From contig CAVSFM010000004.1 of the NCBI GenBank assembly GCA_963727305.1, forward strand, positions 6,385 through 70,384: a stretch of 64,000 nucleotides of DNA, in the 5' to 3' direction. This DNA comes from an uncultured Pseudomonadota bacterium. Its GTDB lineage: Bacteria > Pseudomonadota > Gammaproteobacteria > Steroidobacterales > Steroidobacteraceae. How positions within the stretch are numbered: the stretch's first letter is position 1; each line of letters starts with the position of its first letter. The notes beneath the pieces are model-generated. The model was given only the letters and a program-made list of their open reading frames with translations. It did not search any database and was not told where the DNA came from. The position numbers were made by a program, and so were the translations under genes. Positions 33,189-41,401 of this stretch are shown piece by piece.

Positions 33189-33277
33189 GCCTCATCGGGC
33201 GCGCCCGGACCTCAGCACGCGGCCATGGGGAGGGCTGGCTTCGCCGCGCCCCGGCGCTGCGGCCGCCGCCGCTGAGC

Positions 33278-34060
33278 TCAGAAGGGCTCCCGGTACGGCC
33301 GCAGGTCCAGTTCGTGCGTCCAGGCGCTGCGGGGCTGGCGATGCAGCTGCCAGTAGGTCTCGGCGATGGCCTGCGGACTCAGGAGGCCGTCCGCTGCCGC
33401 GGCGGTGGCGCGCTGCGGGGCGCTGGCACGCAGTTGCTCGCCGTCGATGCCGCCGTCGATCACGATATGCGCCACATGCACCCCCTGCGGCCCGTACTCG
33501 CGCGCACAGCTCTGGGCCAGCGAGCGCAGAGCCGCCTTCGCGGCCGCAAACGCGACGAACGGACCCCGTCCACGCAGTGAGGCGCTGGCACCGGTAAACA
33601 GCAGGCTGCCGCCCCCGGCTGCGAGCAGCCGCGGGAGCGCTGCGCGCGCGAACAGGAATCCGGCGTAGGCGCTGCCGCGCCAGGTCGTCTCGAATTGCTC
33701 CGGCGTCAGCTCCAGGGGCGTTCCGCGCACCATGTTGCCCGCGTTGAAGATCGCCGCCCGCAGCGTGCCCAGCCGCGCAACTTCCGTCGCCAGACGGCCC
33801 GCATCCGCGGGCGAGCTGATATCCCCGGCGAGCGGGTGCGCCTGCGCGCCCGCGGCGACGATCTCGGCGCTCAGCGCGCGCAGACGCTCGGGACTGCGCG
33901 CCGTGAGCACCGTGAGCAGACCCTCCTGCGCGAAGCGGCGCGCGAGGGCGGCACCAAGGCCTGCGGATGCGCCCACGCCTGCGATCCAGGCGAGTTCGCG
34001 TGGTGGGCTTTCGGATGCTGGGTTTGCGAATGCCATAAGCGGGTCCTTGCTCGCGGTCAA
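33278..34060 (-). CDS. SDR-family oxidoreductase
   Basis: GVGASAGLGAALARRF (glycine-rich dinucleotide motif), NAG, and YAAAKAALRSL-like catalytic region (FAAAKAAL). The start could be the internal ATG (MAFANP). Confidence 0.8.
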   Translation of the reverse strand: MTASKDPLMAFANPASESPPRELAWIAGVGASAGLGAALARRFAQEGLLTVLTARSPERLRALSAEIVAAGAQAHPLAGDISSPADAGRLATEVARLGTLRAAIFNAGNMVRGTPLELTPEQFETTWRGSAYAGFLFARAALPRLLAAGGGSLLFTGASASLRGRGPFVAFAAAKAALRSLAQSCAREYGPQGVHVAHIVIDGGIDGEQLRASAPQRATAAAADGLLSPQAIAETYWQLHRQPRSAWTHELDLRPYREPF

Positions 34061-34207
34061 CCAGGCGCGCGCGGCCGGCCGCGCCCTGCTGCAAGCTTAT
34101 GCCATCCACGCCCCGTCGCCGCGGCGCTGCCAAGAACGTGGGAGAGGGTTCTCTTCCGCCCGAGAGAGCGCGCGCGCGGAACGGCTGCAGCGTAGCCGCG
34201 CTGCGGC

Positions 34208-34872
34208 TCACCAGCGCGAGCCGATTCCCACGTAGATTGCGTGCGGCATGACACTGAGGATGATCGGTGACTTTGACTCGGTTCTGTCGTGCATCAGCCA
34301 GCCCATGCCGGTTCCCAGCGCAAAGCCGGCGATGACATCCGTCTGCCAATGCGCCTGCAGCTTCAGGCGCCCGATCGCGTCGTACACGGGCAGCAGTTCG
34401 AGCGCATAGACCGACGGGTGTTCGGGGCCGTATTCCAATACCACCGGCGTGATAATGGAGCTGACCGCCGTAACCTCCCCGCTCGGGAAGCTCTCGTTAC
34501 CGTTGTCCCTTGAACCACAGGTTGGGGTCGTTGTTGCTGTCGATGGGACGTACGCGCGAGAAGGTGACCTTCATGACCTGAGCCACGATGCCCGCCGCGA
34601 CGGACGAATCGATCGAGGTCCACAGCGTATGTCCGAAGCGCGTGTCCCCGCCCTCCCATAAGCCACCGATCACCTCCCCGCCGATCAGGCCGTATTCGAG
34701 GATCTGCTGGTAGCTGCGTTTCCACGGGCCGCTGTCATCGTAAGTCCACTCGTGGTCAATGCCCGCACGGCAGTCGCGGGCGCCGATCAGGAACCACGAG
34801 CGCGCCGGCGGCGAGGGCGTGCAGGGGACGCTTCAGGCCCGGGTACCGGTGCGCGGCGCGGGGGGCGGACAT
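34208..34872 (-). pseudogene. PAP2-family (acid/lipid phosphatase) membrane protein split over three frames (shifts near 34795 and 34500)
   Basis: My own translation gives three pieces. Frame a is MSAPRAAHRYPGLKRPLHALAAGALV. Frame b is WFLIGARDCRAGIDHEWTYDDSGPWKRSYQQ...KVTFSRVRP (PAP2 motif 1, KxxxxxxRP). Frame c (ORF 34208..34444 and upstream) is NESFPSGEVTAV...RLKLQAHWQTDVIAG (motif 3, HxxxD). In motif 2 (SFPSGE), Glu replaces the usual His. Confidence 0.6.
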
Positions 34873-34922
34873 GTGCCTGACGCCTCAGGATGAACGGACA
34901 AAATCAGCATAAGTGCCCCGTG

Positions 34923-34939
34923 CTTAAGGCAGAATTAAG
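34923..34939. promoter_or_regulatory. PmrA/BasR-box-like direct repeat (CTTAAG-N5-ATTAAG) in the divergent PAP2 / response-regulator promoter region
   Basis: The sequence tgCTTAAGgcagaATTAAGc lies 51 nt upstream of the PAP2 ATG (34872) and 41 nt upstream of the regulator ATG (34981). The enterobacterial PmrA box is YTTAAK-N5-YTTAAK. I saw no second copy of the tandem motif elsewhere in the window. Confidence 0.4.
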
Positions 34940-34980
34940 CGGCCCGATGCTGCAATCGGGGCCACGTGACGGGGGGCCCG

Positions 34981-35649
34981 ATGCGAATCCTCTTGGTCGA
35001 AGACGATCAGTTGCTCGGCGAGGCCATCCGCGACGGACTGCGGCAGGACGGCTGCGTGGTCGACTGGGTGCAGGACAGTGGCGGCGCGCTCGCGGCCCTG
35101 TCGACCTCCCGCTTCAGCGCCGTGGTGCTGGACCTGGGGCTGCCGGCCGGCGACGGGCTGGGGGTGCTGCGCTGGCTGCGTCAGAGCGGCCGCTCGACGC
35201 CGGTGGTGATCGCCACGGCGCGTGACCGCGTCGCTGATCGCATTGCCGGGCTCGACGCCGGTGCCGATGACTACCTGATCAAGCCGTTCGATATCGAGGA
35301 GTTGGCCGCGCGGCTGCGGGCCATCACCCGGCGCGTGGACGGCTGCCTCGAATCGCAGCTGGCCGTCGGCGATGTGGTGCTCGACCTGCGGCAGCGGGTG
35401 GTGACCTACCAGGGTGCTCCGGCTGCGCTCACGGCGCGCGAATATGCCGTCGTGGAACTGCTGATGCGCAAAGTCGGCTGTCTCGTCACCCGCGCCGAGA
35501 TCGAAGGAGAAATCTATGGCTTCGAGGATGACATCGCCAGCAACGCGATCGAGGTCCATATCCACAACCTGCGCCGCAAGCTTGGTAGCGCCTTCATCAC
35601 CAACCTCAAAGGTCGCGGCTACCGGATCGAGCCCACCTCGCAGCCCTGA
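34981..35649 (+). CDS. OmpR/PhoB-family response regulator (PmrA/QseB-like)
   Basis: MRILLVEDDQLLGEAIRDGL..., phospho-acceptor VVLDLGLPAGDG, ADDYLIKPFDIEEL, and a winged-helix C-terminus (LTAREYAVVELL...IEVHIHNLRRKLG...GRGYRI). The ORF also allows a GTG start at 34966. Confidence 0.9.
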   Translation: MRILLVEDDQLLGEAIRDGLRQDGCVVDWVQDSGGALAALSTSRFSAVVLDLGLPAGDGLGVLRWLRQSGRSTPVVIATARDRVADRIAGLDAGADDYLIKPFDIEELAARLRAITRRVDGCLESQLAVGDVVLDLRQRVVTYQGAPAALTAREYAVVELLMRKVGCLVTRAEIEGEIYGFEDDIASNAIEVHIHNLRRKLGSAFITNLKGRGYRIEPTSQP

Positions 35650-35674
35650 GCGACCCTGGTCCCTGCGCCGGCGC

Positions 35675-37030
35675 ATGGCCGTTGCCGCGGCGGCGGCCGC
35701 GTGCGCGGTGTTTCTGCTCCTGGGTGCCCTGGTCTATCGCGCCGTCGCCACCAGCACCGCCATGCAGTTCGATGAGCTGCTGCAGCAGCAGGCGGCGCTC
35801 GCCCTGCGTTATGCCGACCACGAGTACGAGGAGGGCGAGACCAGCGTGGTGCCGCCATCGCCGTACGATCAGCCCGAACTGATGCCCTTCGAGGTCGTCT
35901 ACCAGCTCACGACACGCGCGAACAAGCTGGTCTACCGTTCGGCCGGCGCCCCACAGGCACCGCTCGGCAGCGGACTCGATACCGCCGGGTACTCCAACGT
36001 CACGCTGAACGGCGAGGCGTGGCGTGTCTACTCGCTGGCTTCGGGCTCAACACCGCTCCTGATCCACATGGCCGAGCCGCTCAAGTACCGCAACGCACTC
36101 CTGGCGCGCACGCTGCGGGCGGTGGCGCTGCCGCTGTGTGCCGCGCTGGCGCTGCTCACGATCCTGATCGCCCTCGTGACCGAGCGCGCCTTCCGCCCCG
36201 TGCGGCGCATCGCGGCAGACCTGGCGGGTCGCGGTGCCGGGGACCTGTCGGCAGTCAATACGGCAGAAATGCCCGTCGAGACACACGCCCTCGGAGTCGC
36301 GTTGAACGGGCTGCTGGCGCGGCATGCCGAGGTGCTGGCACGGGAGCGGCGCTTCACCGCCGATGCCGCGCATGAGCTGCGCACTCCGCTGGCCGCGCTG
36401 CGCGCACAGGCGCAGGTCGCCGCCCGGGCCACCAGCACCGCGGAGACCCGTCATGCTCTGGAGAAGCTGCAAACCAATATCGACCGCACGACGCACCTGA
36501 TGAGCCAGCTGCTGTCCCTGGCACGCATCGAGCCCGGCGCCTGCGAGGCGGCCTCGCAGGCCACCCCGGCGAAGATGATCGTGGACCTGGTGCTCGAGGA
36601 CCTCGCCCCCGCGGTGCGCGAGCGTAAGGTGACCCTGGCGGTGCCTGAGTGCCCGCAGGTGCTGCCCGGATCCCCTGAGCTGCTGTACCTGTTGATCCGC
36701 AACCTGCTCGAGAACTCCATCCGCAACGTGCCGCCGGGCGGGCACGTGGGCCTGGAGATCCGCGGCACGGCCCGGGGCATCCTCTTGCAGGTCGTGGACG
36801 ATGGCCCGGGGATCCCGCCCGCCGAGCGCACGCGCGTGTTCGAGCGCTTCTACCGCGTCGCGGGCAGCGCCACGGGGGGCAGCGGGCTCGGGCTCTCGAT
36901 CGTGCAACGCATCGTCGAGATCCTTTCCGGCACCATCGAGCTGTCGGCGCCCGCCGGCGGCAGCGGCCTGGCCGTGACGATCAGCCTGCCGCCGGCAGCC
37001 GTGGGCGTGCCGACCCCGTCAGCCGCGTAA
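35675..37030 (+). CDS. Sensor histidine kinase (PmrB/QseC-like)
   Basis: ATG at 35675 in the frame of ORF 35516..37030. Two TM segments flank a periplasmic loop. H-box FTADAAHELRTPLAAL, N-box LLIRNLLENSIRN and G-boxes VDDGPGIP / GGSGLGLSIV. Confidence 0.9.
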   Translation: MAVAAAAAACAVFLLLGALVYRAVATSTAMQFDELLQQQAALALRYADHEYEEGETSVVPPSPYDQPELMPFEVVYQLTTRANKLVYRSAGAPQAPLGSGLDTAGYSNVTLNGEAWRVYSLASGSTPLLIHMAEPLKYRNALLARTLRAVALPLCAALALLTILIALVTERAFRPVRRIAADLAGRGAGDLSAVNTAEMPVETHALGVALNGLLARHAEVLARERRFTADAAHELRTPLAALRAQAQVAARATSTAETRHALEKLQTNIDRTTHLMSQLLSLARIEPGACEAASQATPAKMIVDLVLEDLAPAVRERKVTLAVPECPQVLPGSPELLYLLIRNLLENSIRNVPPGGHVGLEIRGTARGILLQVVDDGPGIPPAERTRVFERFYRVAGSATGGSGLGLSIVQRIVEILSGTIELSAPAGGSGLAVTISLPPAAVGVPTPSAA

Positions 37031-37073
37031 GTCGCGCGCTGCCGACCAGTCGCGCGCTCTGCCGCACCCGTGC

Positions 37074-37646
37074 CTAGCCCTCGGACTTCGGCGAGATCTT
37101 GAACTTCTGGCCGCCGACGGTCGCCTGGTACATCGCGCCGCCCTTGACGATCGTGAACACGGACAGGCCTCGGTAGTATTCACCGGCGGTCGTGGCGTCC
37201 TTCTTGCCCCCGCTGGCTCCCGCGCTGGCACCGGTCGTGCCGACCCCCGCCCCGGCCGCAGCCGTTATCGCGACGGCGCTGACATCCGCGCCGAACTCAA
37301 AATTGCCCTTGGTGAATTCATTGAAGGCACGCGCGTCCTCGAAGAAGATGATCTCGCTGTAAGCCTGACCGCCGAGCTGAAAGCCGACGCTCAGCTGCGT
37401 GACCGAAGCGTCCTGCACCCACTTGCCGTGTTCATACACGCGACCGGCCCCGTAGGCGCCCCCGACCACGAAGCCGCCCTTGCCGATGGTTGGAAAGACC
37501 GCATAGCCATAGGCACTCTTGAAGTAGCCGGCACTTTGTCCGGCGTTCTTAAAGAGATCGACGGTGTCACTGTAGGAGTCCGCCCAGCTGGCACCACTGC
37601 CCAGCACCATCAACGAAGACACCAAAAATCCGGCCAGACCCTTCAT
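37074..37646 (-). CDS. SYLF (DUF500/Ysc84-like) lipid-binding domain protein, exported
   Basis: 190 aa. Signal peptide, then AYGYAVFPTIGKGGFVVGGAYGAGRVYEHGKW...SVGFQLGGQAYSEIIFFED...FEFGADVSAVA, characteristic of bacterial SYLF proteins. Confidence 0.75.
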   Translation of the reverse strand: MKGLAGFLVSSLMVLGSGASWADSYSDTVDLFKNAGQSAGYFKSAYGYAVFPTIGKGGFVVGGAYGAGRVYEHGKWVQDASVTQLSVGFQLGGQAYSEIIFFEDARAFNEFTKGNFEFGADVSAVAITAAAGAGVGTTGASAGASGGKKDATTAGEYYRGLSVFTIVKGGAMYQATVGGQKFKISPKSEG

Positions 37647-38299
37647 GATTCAACTCCTACGTTGGACTGCATTGTGATGGCGACGCGCGGCCCGCGGCAG
37701 CAGCGCCCCGCCCGCGGGCAGTATGCACGCGCCCGCGAAAACTATGTGCACGGCTTACCCTTGAGCGTCATTGCGCCGTTCTTCGGGCAGCGCAACGAAA
37801 TCTGAGCGCACCATTCCTGACCGTCAGGCTAGTGAACGCGCTCGCCGCAGGCTATCCGCATCAGTGCCTATTGCGCCGTTGCTACGACGGGACTCACGCG
37901 ACCCGCGTGCGCGACTCTGGCGGGCCAGGCACCGCCTCAGGCACTCATGCGGCGCGCGGGGCCCGCGCGCACCAGCGACGACGCGGCCTGCGAGGTGCGC
38001 CAGGGCCGCGCGTGCGTAGCCAGGTCCCGGAGCGGGCGGGGAGTGTCCGTGAGCCCGGCGCGCGGGCGCATCAGGGGTTCGACGCGCCGTCGGTCGAATT
38101 TATTCACGATTGTTCGCGGAAGAACACCAGCCGGAAATATACTGGGTTCGGTGGTCGCTTTGGCCGTCGGTCGGCGGCTGCGTCCGTACCCGAAGGACGG
38201 CGATTCAGGAGCTCTTAAGGGTCCTGTCGCGCACACTAAGGCAGCTGAACTGATCGTCCTGCGACGAAGCGAGAGGCCTTCCTTGACCAGTCAGATTCC

Positions 38300-39169
38300 A
38301 TGAGTCGCGCAACGGACCAGGCGTTCCCGCCCCCGGCGGAAAGCAGCGGCTATTCCTGGCCGCGGCGGCTGCTGCGCTCGGTGCGCTTCGGGATTGCCCG
38401 CCTGAGCTCACTGGACGGCTACGTCAGCGCCCCGGCCGCACCCTTTGCGGCGACCTTCGTGGGGCCGGCCCGCGACGTGATCACCCGCCATATCTACCGC
38501 TTCGGAGCGCACGAACCGGTGATCACCGGCTATGTCATGGAGCACGTGCGGCTGGCGGACGGCGATGTCGCCCTGGATATCGGTGCCAACATCGGCTGGT
38601 ACAGCGTGCTTCTGAGCCGGCTGAGCAGCCCCGGGGCGCACATCTACGCATTCGAGCCGGACGTTGAGACGTTCGTGCTCCTGCAGCGCAACCTGCATGG
38701 CAATGGCGTCACCAACGTGACCGCGATCAACTGTGCGCTGGGGGCCGAGCCCGGCGTCGGGCAGCTGCGCCGCTACAAGCACAGCAACAACGGCCGGCAC
38801 TCCCTGCTGGGAGGAACAGCCGGTCGCGACATGCTGGCGGTGCGCATCGAAACGCTCGCCGCGTTCTGGCAGGAGCACCAGCTGGCCTCGCGGCCACTGC
38901 GCTTCATGAAGGTCGACGTCGAGGGTTTCGAGTACTTCGTGCTGCGCGGCGCCGGTGAGCTGCTCGCCCGCTGTGCCTGCCTGATCCTCGAGTACTCGCC
39001 TGAGGGTCTGCAGTGCGCCGGGCTGGATCCCTCGGTTCTGACCGGACTGCTGCGAGCGACGGGCCTGACGTTGCAGGTCTTCACGGCCAACGGACTGATG
39101 CCCATCAGCGTCGATGCCCTCGCGCAGCTGCACTCACAGCACGACCTGGTCCTGACCCCCGGACATTGA
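38300..39169 (+). CDS. FkbM-family SAM-dependent methyltransferase
   Basis: The SAM motif ALDIGANIGWYSVLL...IYAFEPDVETFVLLQRNL...NCALGAEPG...MKVDVEGFEYFVLRGA is the FkbM-family pattern. Confidence 0.8.
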   Translation: MSRATDQAFPPPAESSGYSWPRRLLRSVRFGIARLSSLDGYVSAPAAPFAATFVGPARDVITRHIYRFGAHEPVITGYVMEHVRLADGDVALDIGANIGWYSVLLSRLSSPGAHIYAFEPDVETFVLLQRNLHGNGVTNVTAINCALGAEPGVGQLRRYKHSNNGRHSLLGGTAGRDMLAVRIETLAAFWQEHQLASRPLRFMKVDVEGFEYFVLRGAGELLARCACLILEYSPEGLQCAGLDPSVLTGLLRATGLTLQVFTANGLMPISVDALAQLHSQHDLVLTPGH

Positions 39170-39310
39170 CACGCCCTTCCCCCTGCCGGCACTCTCGCGC
39201 GGCGTTCCCGGCTTCGGTTGGCCCAAGGTCTTATTGGCAGTGGGAGCCACTTGTGAAATAAGCGAGCCGGAGGCGTTTTAATGCGCATCACCCTACCTCA
39301 GGAATCCGCC

Positions 39311-39902
39311 ATGCGACATCTGACCCGAACTCTCGCTGCGGCATCGGCCGCCGCCCTGCTCAGCGCAGCCGTGCTGGCCCAGCACACCGCCCGCCGCCGC
39401 GGCACCCACGGATGCGGGAGGGCTGTCCTCCAGTCTCGGGTTGTACGTCTTCCCGGCCAAGAATCAGACGGCGCAAACGCAATCCAACGACGAGGCCGCG
39501 TGTTTTGGCTGGGCCAAGACGCGCACCGGCATCGACCCCATGGCGATCAAGCCCCAGACCGCCGCCGCCCCCCAGCAGGCCGCCACGACCTCCCCCTCCG
39601 ACGCCGGCAAGGGCGCAGTCGCAGGCGGTGCGGTGAAGGGCGCCGTCGTCGGTACGGCGATCGGTGCGATTGCCGGAGACACGGGCAAGGGCGCGGCGAT
39701 CGGCGCAACCGCGGGTACGGTCGCCGGGGTACGCGGAAAGCGCCAGGCCCAATCTCAGGCCGCGGCGAATCAGCAGCAGCAACAGGCCGCGGCTGAGCAG
39801 GCCGCGGCGCAAGCGGCCGCGGCCTCGGTCGCCCAGCAGAAGGCCGATTACAACAAGGCGTTCTCCGCGTGCATGGAAGGCAAGGGCTATACGATCAAGT
39901 GA
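39311..39902 (+). CDS. Exported glycine-zipper protein; apparent frameshift near 39390
   Basis: The signal peptide MRHLTRTLAAASAAALLSAAVLAQ is in the frame of ORF 39281..39796. The mature part (...LYVFPAKNQTAQTQSNDEAACFGWAK...GAVAGGAVKGAVVGTAIGAIAGDTGKGAAIGATAGTVAG...ACMEGKGYTIK) is in ORF 39441..39902. Confidence 0.6.
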
Positions 39903-40060
39903 CCGTCGTCCGCCCTCACCGAGGCATGCACCACGGCTCCGATCTGGCGGCTCGCGGGCCTGGCTTCACCACGTGACCCGAACACTCGCCGCGGCGCCCT
40001 AGCCGTGGGCGCCCAAGGACCGCCCGTCATTCCCGCTGCGCCGCCTCGCCGAGGCCGCGT

Positions 40061-41397
40061 GTGAGGGTCTGCGTCTCCCCTGCCGTGCGCCTGCTGGCCT
40101 TGATCCTGGTCGTGCCGCTCGCGGGCTGCACGCTGTACGACAAGTACAGTCCCTCCCAGCGCGCCGCCCGCAAGCAGGTCCAGCAGTTGCAGAGCCTGCA
40201 GCTGGCGGTCATGAGCTTTGCCGATGAGTACGTCGCCCGCACGGGCGAGGCCATCACGCGCTTCCAGGGGCAGACCGAAAACCCCGAGGACCGGCTGCTC
40301 ACGCAGGACTGGCGCGTCCAGCAGGCCACGTCGGCCTACACGATCGCCAGTGGACCGAGCCCGGTCACCAATGCCCTCGACATGGTGGTGCTGGCGTCTT
40401 TGAGCCGCATGCGGCTCGAGGACCACTGGGTGGTGGAGCGGTTTGGCCCGCGGCTCAAGCCGCTGCAGGAGACTTACCGCAGGGTCGAGGCGGAGGCCTG
40501 GCAGATCGTGGACGGCGTCCTGACCGAAGAACAGTCCCGGCGCCTGAAGGAGATCATGGCCCAGTGGCGCGCGAGTCATCCCGAGGTGCAGGGAGTGGCG
40601 TACGTGCATTTCCAGGAGTTCGCCGATTCCCTGGGGCGGCGCCGGGAGCCGGCGATCAGGCTCAGGGCGGAAGTTTATTTTCCATGCTGGGAATTGATCC
40701 TTTCTCCTCCCTGGATCCCGCCGTGCGCGAAATCACCCAGAGCCGCGCCCTGGCCGAGCGCACGATCTATTACCTGCAGCGCGCGCCCACGCTGCTCGAC
40801 ATGCAGGTCGTGCGCCTCACCTATCAATTTGCCGTGATGCCCGAGAGCAAGGCGCTGCTGGCCGACGCCCAGCGGGTCTCACTCCTCGGCAGTGCGTCGG
40901 ACCAGCTCGTCCAGACGCTGCCCGCGATGCTTGACCGGCAGCGCGAGGCGCTCCTGGCGCAGCTGGTGGGGGTCCTGAAGGAGCAAAGCGCCACGGTGAG
41001 CGCACTGACGACCAATCTGCGCTCGACGCTGGAGGCCGGGACCGAGACGGCGAATGCCGTGCACGGGACACTGGACGTTGTCGAGCGCATCACCGGGCAG
41101 TTTGCCGGCAAGCCCGCGACGCCGGCGGCCGAGAAAGGCCCCCCGTTCGACATCCGCAACTACACCGAGATGCTGCGCGAGGCCACCACGGCGAGTCGCG
41201 AGCTCGATGCGCTCGCCGCGCGCACCGACTCGTTGCTGCCGGTGCTGCGGGTCGCCAGCCAGGACACCGCCAACCGCGTCAACGGGATTCTCAATCATCT
41301 GTTCTGGCTGGCCGTGCTCCTGATTCTCGTGGCAACGGCTGCGGTGCTCCTGGGCGCGCTGGCCTATCGCCGGCTCAGCAGGCGGGGCGCGCCCTAG
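40061..41397 (+). CDS. Hypothetical lipoprotein (~445 aa) with a C-terminal TM helix; apparent frameshift near 40640
   Basis: GTG start with lipobox VVPLAGC (ORF 40061..40837). Coding-like sequence continues in ORF 40564..41397 from ...GGSLFSMLGIDPFSSLDPAVREI to LFWLAVLLILVATAAVLLGALAY. I recognise no family. Confidence 0.55.
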
Positions 41398-41401
41398 CAT
41401 C

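Noticed and set aside
37030-37058. 11-nt direct repeat agtcgcgcgct (37030-37040 and 37048-37058) in the convergent gap between the histidine kinase and the SYLF gene
   Set aside because: It is short and GC-rich, has no associated hairpin or known motif, and is likely chance or a weak terminator remnant.
39887-40609. 240-aa minus-strand ORF opposite the 40061 lipoprotein gene
   Set aside because: The plus-strand frame has a lipobox, coding-like diversity and continuity into the next ORF. The minus-strand product is Arg/Leu/Gly-rich with no features.
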